A stretch of DNA of 60,839 nucleotides. It comes from a virus (lineage: Duplodnaviria; Caudoviricetes). The notes below the pieces were generated by a model. That model was not told the origin of the DNA and did not search any database. It saw only the letters and a list, made by a program, of their open reading frames with translations. The translations under genes and the position numbers were made by a program. Shown here piece after piece: positions 7,562 through 16,388 of the stretch; within the stretch, counting starts at the first letter, position 1, and each line of letters starts with the position of its first letter. Location: IMG/VR virus record IMGVR_UViG_3300032233_001802, positions 1 to 60,839 of that record; one strand, given 5' to 3'.

Positions 7562-8585
7562 GGATGTGAAGTTAGATTATAAAGATGTTCTCATAACTCC
7601 GAAGCGATCAACCATTGAGTCTAGGAGTAAAGTTACTCTTCGTAGACACTACAAGTTTCGAAATGGCGGCGAATGGTTTGGTGTTCCAATCATTGCTGCA
7701 AATATGGATGGTGTTGGAACATTTGAAATGGATATTGCTTTAGGCAGGCATAATTGCATGACTGCTCTCACAAAGCATTATAGTGATATTGATCTGATTT
7801 CACACTTTGAGAAAAAGCTGTATAGCAGCATTTATTCTTTGGGTATAAGTGATAATGATCTCGCTAAATTTGATAATGTTTATAGCATAGTTAGCAACAA
7901 ACAGATTAAGGTTTGTATTGATGTTGCGAATGGTTATACGCAGCAGTTCGTTGATTTCATTCAACGATTCCGCGAGCGTTATCGTCATGCGATTTTGATG
8001 GCAGGTAATGTTGTCACGCCAGAGATGACAGAAGAACTGATTCTCTCTGGTGTCGACGTCGTGAAAGTTGGTATTGGTCCTGGTTCAGTTTGCACTACTC
8101 GCAAAATGACAGGAATCGGCTACCCGCAGTTGAGTGCAGTTATAGAGTGTGCTGATGCTGCTCATGGTCTCAGGGGTCATATCATAGCGGATGGGGGATG
8201 CACCGTTCCTGGAGACGTTGTGAAAGCATTCGCTGCGGGTGCCGATTTCGTGATGCTTGGTGGTATGTTGGCTGGTCATGATGAAGGTGGCGGCGAGATT
8301 ATCATGAAGGGTGATAAGTCTTATCGTAAATTCTATGGCATGAGTTCAAGCACTGCTATGAATAAACATAATGGTGGCGTGGCTAATTACAGAGCATCTG
8401 AAGGCAAGACCGTAGAAATTCCTTATAAGGGTCCAGTCGACGATACAATTAAAGAAATCTTTGGTGGTTTGCGCTCTGCTTGCACTTATGTTGGCGCAAG
8501 CGAACTAAAGGAATTGAGTAAGCGTACATCATTTATTCGTGTAACTCAACAAATCAACAACTCACTGAACGCATATGAAGTCTAA
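7548..8585 (+). CDS. guaC: GMP reductase
   Basis: [45 protein letters not shown] and [12 protein letters not shown] motifs. Confidence 0.95.
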   Translation: MRIIEDVKLDYKDVLITPKRSTIESRSKVTLRRHYKFRNGGEWFGVPIIAANMDGVGTFEMDIALGRHNCMTALTKHYSDIDLISHFEKKLYSSIYSLGISDNDLAKFDNVYSIVSNKQIKVCIDVANGYTQQFVDFIQRFRERYRHAILMAGNVVTPEMTEELILSGVDVVKVGIGPGSVCTTRKMTGIGYPQLSAVIECADAAHGLRGHIIADGGCTVPGDVVKAFAAGADFVMLGGMLAGHDEGGGEIIMKGDKSYRKFYGMSSSTAMNKHNGGVANYRASEGKTVEIPYKGPVDDTIKEIFGGLRSACTYVGASELKELSKRTSFIRVTQQINNSLNAYEV

Positions 8586-8586
8586 T

Positions 8587-8808
8587 ATGGCAACAAGAGA
8601 AGAGAAGAATCGTTTTTCCATGATGATTATGGAACGCGCAATTAGTCACAAGACTGATCACATGGACGCAATTACTAGTTATTGTGCAAAGAACAATCTA
8701 GAAATTGAAGTGGCTGCAACTTTGATCAATGAATCTCTAAAGAGCATCATCGAAGGCGAGGCGATGGAACTCAGGTTTATCCCAAAGGGAAGCCGATTGC
8801 CCATATGA
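8587..8808 (+). CDS. gp33: late promoter transcription co-activator
   Basis: MDAITSYC...EIEVAATLINESLKSIIEGEAMELRFIPK...LPI; synteny with gp59 and gp32. Confidence 0.88.
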   Translation: MATREEKNRFSMMIMERAISHKTDHMDAITSYCAKNNLEIEVAATLINESLKSIIEGEAMELRFIPKGSRLPI

Positions 8809-9008
8809 AAAATGTTCTGACTGAGTTTCCCTTTTGTTTAATTGGAATGACAGAGCAGCAAGCAAGAAAGCATTGCGTTGATAATGATCTGTTGTTTCGA
8901 TGCGTTGAACGAAACGGAAGCAAAGTCTCTCATGGACGTGATGCGCGCATTGATAGAATCAGTGCTGCTATTGATAATGATATAATTGCAAGAGCGTGGT
9001 TCGGATGA
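8805..9008 (+). CDS. hypothetical protein inserted between gp33 and gp59
   Basis: ATGA overlaps on both sides. Confidence 0.65.
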   Translation: MKNVLTEFPFCLIGMTEQQARKHCVDNDLLFRCVERNGSKVSHGRDARIDRISAAIDNDIIARAWFG

Positions 9009-9613
9009 GAGGATATGATCTCTATTGTTTGTATCAAGCCATCAAGTTACATTTCGGTTCAGAGAACTACAACTTCTTTCAATATGATGGCAAGACGCGA
9101 GTTTCTATCGAGGCATTCGAGAAACGTCGTGACAAGTTCTTGTTTCACAGACTAGCACGGAAGTATCGTGATGATGAAATGGTTAGTTTTCTTGTTGCTA
9201 ATTTTGTCCATAGTGATGGTAATTGGACTAAATCACTCCTTGAAGAAGAAGCTGAAACAACTTTCAGAGAGTGGAAACGAATAACAGAATCAATGAGCAA
9301 ATTTTATCTAGATGACCTAGCAAAGATTTGCCCCGAGCCAAAAGAATTTAATAAACTATTTGAAGTCAAAGATGGACAGTTTCCAACACTGTTAGTGTCA
9401 TTTATGCAAAAGGAAGTGACACTTGAGACGATGGTAATCCTCAATAACATTTTTGACTTCATTCGAATCTGGGACAAGAAGATAGAAGATGATATCATCT
9501 ATCCCAAGATTTCAAGAAAGGTTCGCAAATACGGATCATTCTTGAACGTGGATGTCAGTAAGTATAAATTGCTAACAAAAAAGGCTTTACTTGGTGACGA
9601 AAATACTATATAA
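9005..9613 (+). CDS. gp59: helicase loader
   Basis: YQAIKLHF...YNFFQYDGK...FEKRRDKFLF; synteny. Confidence 0.92.
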   Translation: MRGYDLYCLYQAIKLHFGSENYNFFQYDGKTRVSIEAFEKRRDKFLFHRLARKYRDDEMVSFLVANFVHSDGNWTKSLLEEEAETTFREWKRITESMSKFYLDDLAKICPEPKEFNKLFEVKDGQFPTLLVSFMQKEVTLETMVILNNIFDFIRIWDKKIEDDIIYPKISRKVRKYGSFLNVDVSKYKLLTKKALLGDENTI

Positions 9614-9614
9614 T
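9586..9614 (+). promoter_or_regulatory. sigma70-type promoter for gp32
   Basis: TTTACT-17 bp-TATAAT. Confidence 0.75.
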
Positions 9615-9681
9615 AATATGGTAATGCAAAAAGTGGATAAGACGTTCATACAATTCATACAAACATACGGAGTATACAAAG

Positions 9682-10584
9682 ATGAGTCTATCAAATCTTA
9701 AGAAGGGTTCTTCCCTTGATAAGTTGAAGAAAGCAGTTGAAGCCTCTTCAAATGGCGGTGGTGGCGGTGCCAAGAACGTTGATGATCGTTTCTGGCAACC
9801 AGAAGTTGATTCTGCTGGTAACGGTTACGCTGTCATTCGTTTCCTCGACACTCCTGCTGTCGATGGTGAGGATGGTCTGCCGTGGGTTCAAATCTGGAAT
9901 CACGGTTTCCAAGGTCCTGGTGGTTGGTACATTGAGAATTCTCTCACAACTCTTGGCAAGACTGATCCTGTTTCTGAGTACAATACAGTTCTGTGGAATA
10001 GTGGTATTGAAGCCAACAAGGAAATCGCTCGCAAGCAGAAGCGCAAGCTGACGTACATTGCGAATGTGCTTGTTGTTTCTGACGCAAAGCGTCCTCAAAA
10101 TGAAGGTAAGGTTTTCCTCTACAAGTTCGGCAAGAAGATCTTTGATAAGATCAAGGAACAACTTGAGCCGCAGTTTGAAGATGAAAAGCCGATGAATCCT
10201 TTTGACTTCTGGAAGGGTGCAAACTTCAAGATCAAGATTCGTAATGTTGAAGGTTATCGCAACTACGACAAGTCGGAGTTTGAGGCTCCTGCTCCGTTGT
10301 TTGATGGCGATGATGCGAAGATTGAAAAGATCTGGAAGTCTTCATATTCTCTCAAGGAAATTGTTGATCCTAAGAACTTCAAGTCTTACGATGAACTGAA
10401 GGCGAAGTTGGACAAGGTTCTTGGTGCTGGTGGCGTAACTGCTGCTTCTGCTAAGAAGATTGACGATGAGGAAGCACCTGCTCCTGTCGTTCGTTCGGCT
10501 CCTGCCAAGAAGCCTACTGCTGAATCAGTCAGTTTGTCTGACGATGAAGATATGGCATTTTTCGAGAAGTTGGCTGCAGAATAA
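9682..10584 (+). CDS. gp32: single-stranded DNA-binding protein
   Basis: DDRFW, GNGYAVIRFL, HGFQGPGGWYIENSLTT and GKVFLYKFGKKIFDK motifs; acidic tail ending FFEKLAAE. Confidence 0.97.
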   Translation: MSLSNLKKGSSLDKLKKAVEASSNGGGGGAKNVDDRFWQPEVDSAGNGYAVIRFLDTPAVDGEDGLPWVQIWNHGFQGPGGWYIENSLTTLGKTDPVSEYNTVLWNSGIEANKEIARKQKRKLTYIANVLVVSDAKRPQNEGKVFLYKFGKKIFDKIKEQLEPQFEDEKPMNPFDFWKGANFKIKIRNVEGYRNYDKSEFEAPAPLFDGDDAKIEKIWKSSYSLKEIVDPKNFKSYDELKAKLDKVLGAGGVTAASAKKIDDEEAPAPVVRSAPAKKPTAESVSLSDDEDMAFFEKLAAE

Positions 10585-10625
10585 AACTTCTTCAATAAGC
10601 ACAGAGTGCGTTTAAGTTGAAGTTT

Positions 10626-10653
10626 GGGGGGACTAGAAATAGTCCCCCTTTTT
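10626..10653 (+). terminator. terminator between convergent gp32 and hub genes
   Basis: GGGGGACTA-GAAA-TAGTCCCCC-TTTTT. Confidence 0.88.
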
Positions 10654-10654
10654 A

Positions 10655-13540
10655 TTACACCATTGATACTGTAGTGAATGCGCTTGGGTGAGCAAAGTCT
10701 TTTGCTAGTGCGCGCATGAATGAACTTTCTGATGTACGAGTACCAGCTATTGGTAATTTGTTCTGCTGCGGTGGTGATTGTGCCTTTGATCCTCCACCAG
10801 AAACATTTACTGAATTATCAGATGCTGGTGCAGTTGCTGCAGCAGTCATTTGAGCTGCAGCCAATTGATTTGATTGTTCTGACATCTGCCCACCAAGACC
10901 ATTTTGCTGAGGCTGTAGATTTTGAAGAATCTGTGTGGTGTCTGCTTTAATAGCATTAAGAATATCCATTGGTCCACCAGCACCACCAGTTTGTGCTGAT
11001 GCATTCATTAATCCAGGACCTTGTCCTGCTGCAGCTGGCGCAGCCTCTCCACCACCTGGAGCAGCCTCTCCACCCATGCCGCCTCCACCACTTGGAGCAG
11101 CACCTCCTCCACCACTTGGAGCAGCACCTCCACCACCACTTGGTGCTGCAGCAAGTTGCGGTCCACCGCCTCCCCCTCCACCGCCTCCCCCTCCACCGCC
11201 AGCTGGAGCGGCGACGTCGACAGCGCCACCACCTAATTCTTGAGAATACTTGTCAACCTTTGCAAGTATCTCAGCGCCATATCCTTTAGATAGATCTAGG
11301 TTGCCACCGATTGCTTTCGTGACTGCCATGTTGGCTGATTTTTGATCTGCGAAATCTTGCTTGCCTTTCAGCGCAGTCATTACATATGCTGAAGCAATTT
11401 TAGCTGCTACTGTTGGATCATTAGCCAAATCTGGATTACTTACGAGGTCTGCTCCAACTTTCTTTCCATAGAATGCATAATTATTTTTACCAGTTAACTG
11501 AATAAACCCGCGACCACGATACTTGAATCCATCACCTTCTTCGGTGTTACCCATTGATTGGCCAATTTTTGTATCTTTTCCATACATCAATTCGCCCATT
11601 TTGTATGGGTCTTTCTTGATTACATCCAGTTCAGCATCAGAATATTTTGCTGCGCGTTTTGTGAAGATCTTACGAATACGATCATTGGATGTTCCACCAT
11701 AACTTAGATTTTCACTCTTAGGTTGGAAATTAGATTCTTTTTTGATATTTGCAAGTAATGCAACCTGTGCATACTTGTTAGTTATGCCAGCTTCAGACAT
11801 GGCTGCGGCAATTGCTCCAGCAACTCCACCTGTCGGAGGAGCAGCCGCTTTACCGCCAGAAGGTGCAGCTGGAGTTTCTGGTTTAGGTGCAGCACCACCC
11901 CAACTTCCAGATGCACCACCGCCACCAAATTGTCCACCACCACCAGAGAATTTAGGTCCTGATGCTTTAGTCGCTGGTGCTGTCGCTGGTGCTGTCGCTG
12001 GTGCCTTACCAGCCGCTGCAGGTGGTGGTGCTGTTTGTGAGGTTCCAGCTGTGGCTGCAGCAGCTGCAGAACTTTGTGCTGGTTGAGCTGCGCCTGGGGC
12101 TGGACCCTTTTCGCTCTTTTTATCTTCTTTCTTAGCCTCCATGCCAAGTTTATTTTTCACCCAACCAGAACCAATCTCCATCGCCATATTCATATTGTCT
12201 TTGAATCTTGGATCTTTTTCTGGAGGCAATCCAAAAATATCTTCATAACCATCGCGAATAACACTTGCAAGAGAAGCAGCAATGGCTGCTGGTGCACCAA
12301 CAGCAGCACCAACTCCAGTTAATTGAGCAGTTGAGCCAGCAATTGCGGTAGCATCCAAGCCCATGCCAACCCAGTCGCCCTTTGCTGCGTGCTTGACCAT
12401 ATCCCAGCCGCCAAAAAGAATTCCAGCACCAGCAATAGACTTTCCGAGAATTTTCCCTGATTTTTCTCCGAGTAACTTAATTACTTTTCCAGCAACATCA
12501 CCAGCTTCTGCAACTTTTGCACCACCTGTTGCAAGTTTTTTTGCAGTTTTGCCGTAACCGAGAGCGCCAGCAGCTCTGGATGCTAAATTGGCTGCGCCTT
12601 TACCCAGTTTACCAGCAGTTTGTGTAACTTTCCCTGCTGCCTTTGATACTAATTTAAGACCCTTTGCTGTGGCTCTGCTTAGAATTCCAAGTCCGTCAGA
12701 TTCACCGCCACCAGCCTGAATTGAATTGAGTTTTTCCTGAACGGATTTTGTATCATACTCACCCAGTGACTTTAGAATTGCTTCTAGAGTCTCAACGATT
12801 TTTATCTGTGGATCTTCATCTGCACTAATTTTCTTTGTAAGTGCATCAGTGGCAGCAGATTGAGTGGTGTTTTTGTTTTGTTTATCTTGTTTGTTATTGA
12901 AATTAGCAAAGGTGGCTTCTTTTGATTTTGCAAATTGACCTTGTTTATTTCTGTATAGAATCTTCCCCGTCTTAGGATCGATCTCAGAAGTGAATCCTCT
13001 ATTGACAAGAGTGAACTTTGCTAGTGATTGAACTATGTTTCTAATGCCGATGATTTCTTTCATCAGCTGGTTGGAATTAATCGTAGATTTGGAAGATCCG
13101 CCACCACCCTTTGGCTTTGGTTCTTTCTCTTTTTTATCCAATCCTAGACTTTCTTTGGCTTTCTTTATTTCTTCTTCTGAAGCCAGTTTATCATATTTTT
13201 TTCTAAACTCTTTTCCGACTTTAAGACCAAATGCCTCGAAAATTCTAGAGCGGCTCGCCTTTGTACCCATCGTGGCGATTTGATATTCTTCTTGAGCCTT
13301 CTTTTCGGCTTTTTTACCCGCACTACGTTGACCGAAAAACCCTTTACCTTCTGATTCTGCAGCTCTTCTTGCCTTATCATAGGTTTTCTGCATAACATCA
13401 TCAACTTCAGGCTCAGCCTTATCTTTTTTAGGCTTGATGCCAGCTTCGCGCATGACATTTCCCAGGACCTTACGACCCTGTTTAGTCTTAGCCAACTCTT
13501 TGATAGATTCGGTTAATTCTTTTTCGGATATATTTGCCAT
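10655..13540 (-). CDS. baseplate hub / tape-measure-like protein with GH19 (chitinase/lysozyme-like) muralytic domain
   Basis: ESNFQPKSENL...DGFKYRGRGFIQLTGKNNY...NPDL GH19 motifs; Gly/Ala/Pro-rich linkers; position downstream of gp26/gp51. Confidence 0.8.
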   Translation of the reverse strand: MANISEKELTESIKELAKTKQGRKVLGNVMREAGIKPKKDKAEPEVDDVMQKTYDKARRAAESEGKGFFGQRSAGKKAEKKAQEEYQIATMGTKASRSRIFEAFGLKVGKEFRKKYDKLASEEEIKKAKESLGLDKKEKEPKPKGGGGSSKSTINSNQLMKEIIGIRNIVQSLAKFTLVNRGFTSEIDPKTGKILYRNKQGQFAKSKEATFANFNNKQDKQNKNTTQSAATDALTKKISADEDPQIKIVETLEAILKSLGEYDTKSVQEKLNSIQAGGGESDGLGILSRATAKGLKLVSKAAGKVTQTAGKLGKGAANLASRAAGALGYGKTAKKLATGGAKVAEAGDVAGKVIKLLGEKSGKILGKSIAGAGILFGGWDMVKHAAKGDWVGMGLDATAIAGSTAQLTGVGAAVGAPAAIAASLASVIRDGYEDIFGLPPEKDPRFKDNMNMAMEIGSGWVKNKLGMEAKKEDKKSEKGPAPGAAQPAQSSAAAAATAGTSQTAPPPAAAGKAPATAPATAPATKASGPKFSGGGGQFGGGGASGSWGGAAPKPETPAAPSGGKAAAPPTGGVAGAIAAAMSEAGITNKYAQVALLANIKKESNFQPKSENLSYGGTSNDRIRKIFTKRAAKYSDAELDVIKKDPYKMGELMYGKDTKIGQSMGNTEEGDGFKYRGRGFIQLTGKNNYAFYGKKVGADLVSNPDLANDPTVAAKIASAYVMTALKGKQDFADQKSANMAVTKAIGGNLDLSKGYGAEILAKVDKYSQELGGGAVDVAAPAGGGGGGGGGGGGGPQLAAAPSGGGGAAPSGGGGAAPSGGGGMGGEAAPGGGEAAPAAAGQGPGLMNASAQTGGAGGPMDILNAIKADTTQILQNLQPQQNGLGGQMSEQSNQLAAAQMTAAATAPASDNSVNVSGGGSKAQSPPQQNKLPIAGTRTSESSFMRALAKDFAHPSAFTTVSMV

Positions 13541-13740
13541 TATCGCCTAATTTTCTTTTGCTGTTCCAGTAACTTTAGTCTTTCATTTTGCTCTTTGATA
13601 AGATCAACGAGCATCTGCACATAAATTTGCCTTTCCCATGGTATCATATTTTCCAATTCAGTCAAAGAATACTTATGATGATGCATCAAATTGAAGTTAG
13701 TTTTGTAATAATTTACTAACGTCTCATAGCCAAATGTCAG
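13540..13740 (-). CDS. gp51: gp51-like baseplate hub assembly protein (66-codon frame, probably entered by -1 frameshift from gp26; first ATG at 13686); not in the ORF track
   Basis: Manual translation: LTFGYETLVNYYKTNFNLMHHHKYSLTELENMIPWERQIYVQML...; TAATG overlap with the next gene. Confidence 0.85.
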   Translation of the reverse strand: MTFGYETLVNYYKTNFNLMHHHKYSLTELENMIPWERQIYVQMLVDLIKEQNERLKLLEQQKKIRR

Positions 13741-14471
13741 TCGAAAAAATTTAGTAGACCCTCCACATTAAGATGGTGCAAATATCCACACTTTGGACAT
13801 TTAACATCTTGTTCCATAACAACCTTCGGGCTTGTGGTGAAGAAATTTCTAATAGCCTTCATTTGATCCATAGTTAAGTTATCGAAAAACTCTTGCAATT
13901 CTTCTTCGGAAATATCAGACTTCTTATGAATTTCTTCTGAGTCATAGATGTAATCGAGATATTCTGAGACGAACTTATATCCGCTATCCGCAAATTCATC
14001 GTCTAGCGAACTGCTAGAAAAAGATAGAGTCGGATAGTTAAATTTCATTCCAGCAGTTTCGCTGAGTTTAACAATATTACTATGCCCAGCGTCTTCAACA
14101 TACTTTACATTTCTTAGATCCAAGTTGAAATCGATTTTGGCACCGCAATCTTTGGATTCTTCGTTTTCAGGATTAACGATATTATTACACGTGTACACCA
14201 TTGCTGATGTTTCGCTTACCGATTGTATACGAAGATTAACGAAAAACATTTCAATATCAAATGTTGGCAAGGCGTCGACATCGATATCTTCAAGTAAACA
14301 GTTTGAAATAATCTGTTTAATCGCCTTTGTCACATCTTCAAGATTATCTGACTCTTTCGCCATTAAAAGAATCTTTTCTTCCTTCACAAGGAAAGGGCGA
14401 AATTTTACAGATCTGTTCAACGACTTGAGATAAACCTCAAAAATCGGATGATTAATTTTTGGCAACGGCAT
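13737..14471 (-). CDS. gp26: baseplate hub assembly protein
   Basis: MPLPKI...FRPFLVKEEKILLMA...CPKCG...GLLNFFD. Confidence 0.92.
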   Translation of the reverse strand: MPLPKINHPIFEVYLKSLNRSVKFRPFLVKEEKILLMAKESDNLEDVTKAIKQIISNCLLEDIDVDALPTFDIEMFFVNLRIQSVSETSAMVYTCNNIVNPENEESKDCGAKIDFNLDLRNVKYVEDAGHSNIVKLSETAGMKFNYPTLSFSSSSLDDEFADSGYKFVSEYLDYIYDSEEIHKKSDISEEELQEFFDNLTMDQMKAIRNFFTTSPKVVMEQDVKCPKCGYLHHLNVEGLLNFFD

Positions 14472-14502
14472 AATTTACTCCACTTATTAAATTTAAAACA
14501 CG

Positions 14503-15165
14503 TTAAGTTTCTATACCTCTACCAATAGGTGGTAGAGAACCATTAGGCTCATAATTGTTATTCACAGTAGCTGGTTTAAACGGATCAAATGTACCAGGTG
14601 ACCAGTAATCGTATTTAAAGGTCACTGCTAGTCTATGAAAGTTGTCGTCAGACCAATTTAGACTGAGGGGCGCAATTGATATCGGAAATGCATTGAAAAG
14701 GACAGCTGAATAAATTTTTTGTTCACTAGCTGTAATTTCTGCATTAGCAGGTATCTCTTGATCATCCTCTGTATAGTAGATATCTGTGTATTGATTGATT
14801 TCTATTTTAGGGCTAGTATAGTCATCACGATATCTTGGATTGTAATTATTAATCGGGACGATAGCATTCATCCATCGATCAAACATTTTCTTTTCCCACA
14901 TATCTCCTGAGCATATGAAGGTTAGAGTGATATCTGCAAAACTAGCTGCAGTTGATGCAACTGGAGTAGAAACTCCATAGATTCTATTTTCAACTGCATT
15001 AATATTATATCCTGGAAGTTCTGTGGTCTCGCATTGGAATCGCAAATCGTATGAATTTAGATCTGGGATTCCATTTGGTGGAGAGATTCGAACTTCAAAC
15101 TTTGATGTTTTAGCAAAGTCGTTGTGTCTGCCAAAGTGGTTTAGGAAATCGGATACTTTAAACAT
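14503..15165 (-). CDS. gp54: baseplate tail-tube initiator-like protein (gp54/gp19 fold)
   Basis: CETTELPG, ITLTF, FDRWM, AFPISIAPLSLNW and VTFKY motifs; synteny. Confidence 0.75.
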   Translation of the reverse strand: MFKVSDFLNHFGRHNDFAKTSKFEVRISPPNGIPDLNSYDLRFQCETTELPGYNINAVENRIYGVSTPVASTAASFADITLTFICSGDMWEKKMFDRWMNAIVPINNYNPRYRDDYTSPKIEINQYTDIYYTEDDQEIPANAEITASEQKIYSAVLFNAFPISIAPLSLNWSDDNFHRLAVTFKYDYWSPGTFDPFKPATVNNNYEPNGSLPPIGRGIET

Positions 15166-15713
15166 TAGGTTCGGTACACCATTTTCTCGAATGGAAGGAA
15201 GATAGCCGTTTCCCAGTTATCTGGTTCTATGTAAACCATAGAAGAAACAATATGTGAAAACAGATATCGTTTAATGCATGGCTCGATCATTTTGTAGCGA
15301 CGAGATTTCGAAAGTAATTGGTATGACAATTGAAATTTGGTCGTATCGTCATATTTATCGTTGTTTACGAAATCGTGCAAACGATCTAAAAGAGCCAAAC
15401 GACTATATGGGTCGAGGTAATGCAGATTCAACCCAAGGAATCCGTCTTGATAGAGGTCCATCGGAATGACTAGAGGAAACTTGTCCCATACAGGAAGAAC
15501 GTCCTGGAGTTTGGCGTCGTAGTGATAAAGGTACATCTTTCCGATGAAGGCTCGAGAAGAGATGCGCTTCGGATCGTTAATCAGATTAGAGCGATTAGTC
15601 GGAATTCTGAGTTTAGCAATATTAGCACCGAGCCATGCTCGAGCCTCCGAACTGCGAGGCTTGATTCCAGCCGCAGTTAGCTGCTTGCTTACTTTATCAA
15701 ATAGTGATGGCAT
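15165..15713 (-). CDS. gp2: DNA end protector protein
   Basis: GKMYLYHYDAK...WDKFPLV...GFLGLNLHYL...CIKRYL motifs. Confidence 0.93.
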   Translation of the reverse strand: MPSLFDKVSKQLTAAGIKPRSSEARAWLGANIAKLRIPTNRSNLINDPKRISSRAFIGKMYLYHYDAKLQDVLPVWDKFPLVIPMDLYQDGFLGLNLHYLDPYSRLALLDRLHDFVNNDKYDDTTKFQLSYQLLSKSRRYKMIEPCIKRYLFSHIVSSMVYIEPDNWETAIFLPFEKMVYRT

Positions 15714-15741
15714 TAGAACCTGTTTAAAATTGCTATTTTTA

Positions 15742-15804
15742 TATAAATAAAAGTGTCGGTCACGATATTACGAGTATCCACCGACTCTAGAAACTGTAAA
15801 GGAG
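15742..15804 (+). promoter_or_regulatory. late promoter, hairpin and RBS leader
   Basis: TATAAATA 15742-15749; stem GTCGGT/ACCGAC (15755-15785) with inner GATATT/AGTATC; AAGGAG 15799-15804. Confidence 0.75.
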
Positions 15805-15813
15805 TATTCCAGC

Positions 15814-15882
15814 ATGTCTATTTATTGCGCCATATGCAATTCGCCCCAGCCTTCTCTTAGGTCGTTATCAAAACATTTATGA
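15814..15882 (+). pseudogene. 22-codon C2H2 zinc-finger fragment MSIYCAICNSPQPSLRSLSKHL*, probable endonuclease remnant
   Basis: Strong RBS; C-x2-C-x12-H spacing; stop overlaps the ATG of the gp4 homolog. Confidence 0.6.
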
Positions 15883-16313
15883 ATGGTAAATTTAAGCCAA
15901 GTTTCCCTGAAAAATATGCTGGGGATCCAGATAATATAATCTACAGAAGCAGTTGGGAATTGAGGTTTATGAGCCACCTCGACAAAAATCCTGGGGTGAT
16001 TAAATGGGCTTCTGAGGAATTTTCTATCCCATATCTAGACCCACCAACCAATAGAGTCAGAAGGTATTTTCCCGACTTTATAGTAACAGTTAAGGATAAA
16101 AATGGTGAAGTTAGAGTTACAGTTTTCGAGATAAAACCTAAAGCCCAGACCGTTCCTCCGAATACATCCAAAATTAAGAATAAAAAGAGGCTATTTAAGG
16201 AAGCTGCAACTTGGGGGACTAATCAAGCAAAATGGGAAGCCGCTAAAAGGTATTGCGAAGAAAGAAACTGGGGCTTCCAAATCCTAACCGAGCAAGAACT
16301 GTTCGGAAAATAA
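15879..16313 (+). CDS. gp4: head completion protein / TnsA-like nuclease, in inverted orientation
   Basis: GKFKPSFPEKYAGDP...YRSSWE...WASEE...RYFPDF...EIKP...NQAKWEAA. Confidence 0.9.
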   Translation: MNGKFKPSFPEKYAGDPDNIIYRSSWELRFMSHLDKNPGVIKWASEEFSIPYLDPPTNRVRRYFPDFIVTVKDKNGEVRVTVFEIKPKAQTVPPNTSKIKNKKRLFKEAATWGTNQAKWEAAKRYCEERNWGFQILTEQELFGK

Positions 16314-16363
16314 CCTAAATATTTATTGGTATTTTTAGGACTAAATTTGCCTGAGTATGCCAT
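16313..16363 (-). pseudogene. 5' remnant (17 codons, MAYSGKFSPKNTNKYLG) of the original gp4
   Basis: Manual minus-strand translation matches the gp4 N-terminal pattern; homology ends exactly at the stop codon of the inverted copy. Confidence 0.8.
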
Positions 16364-16370
16364 AATAGAC

Positions 16371-16378
16371 TATTTATA
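16371..16378 (-). promoter_or_regulatory. T4-type late promoter, minus strand
   Basis: tatttata = TATAAATA on the minus strand, 7 nt upstream of the remnant ATG. Confidence 0.8.
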
Positions 16379-16388
16379 GGAACATTCG

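Noticed and set aside
10720-12322. Plus-strand Pro/His-rich ORFs, and similar short antisense or alternate-frame ORFs over the collagen genes
   Set aside because: They are shadows of low-complexity Gly/Ala/Pro coding sequence in the real genes, with no supporting expression signals seen.
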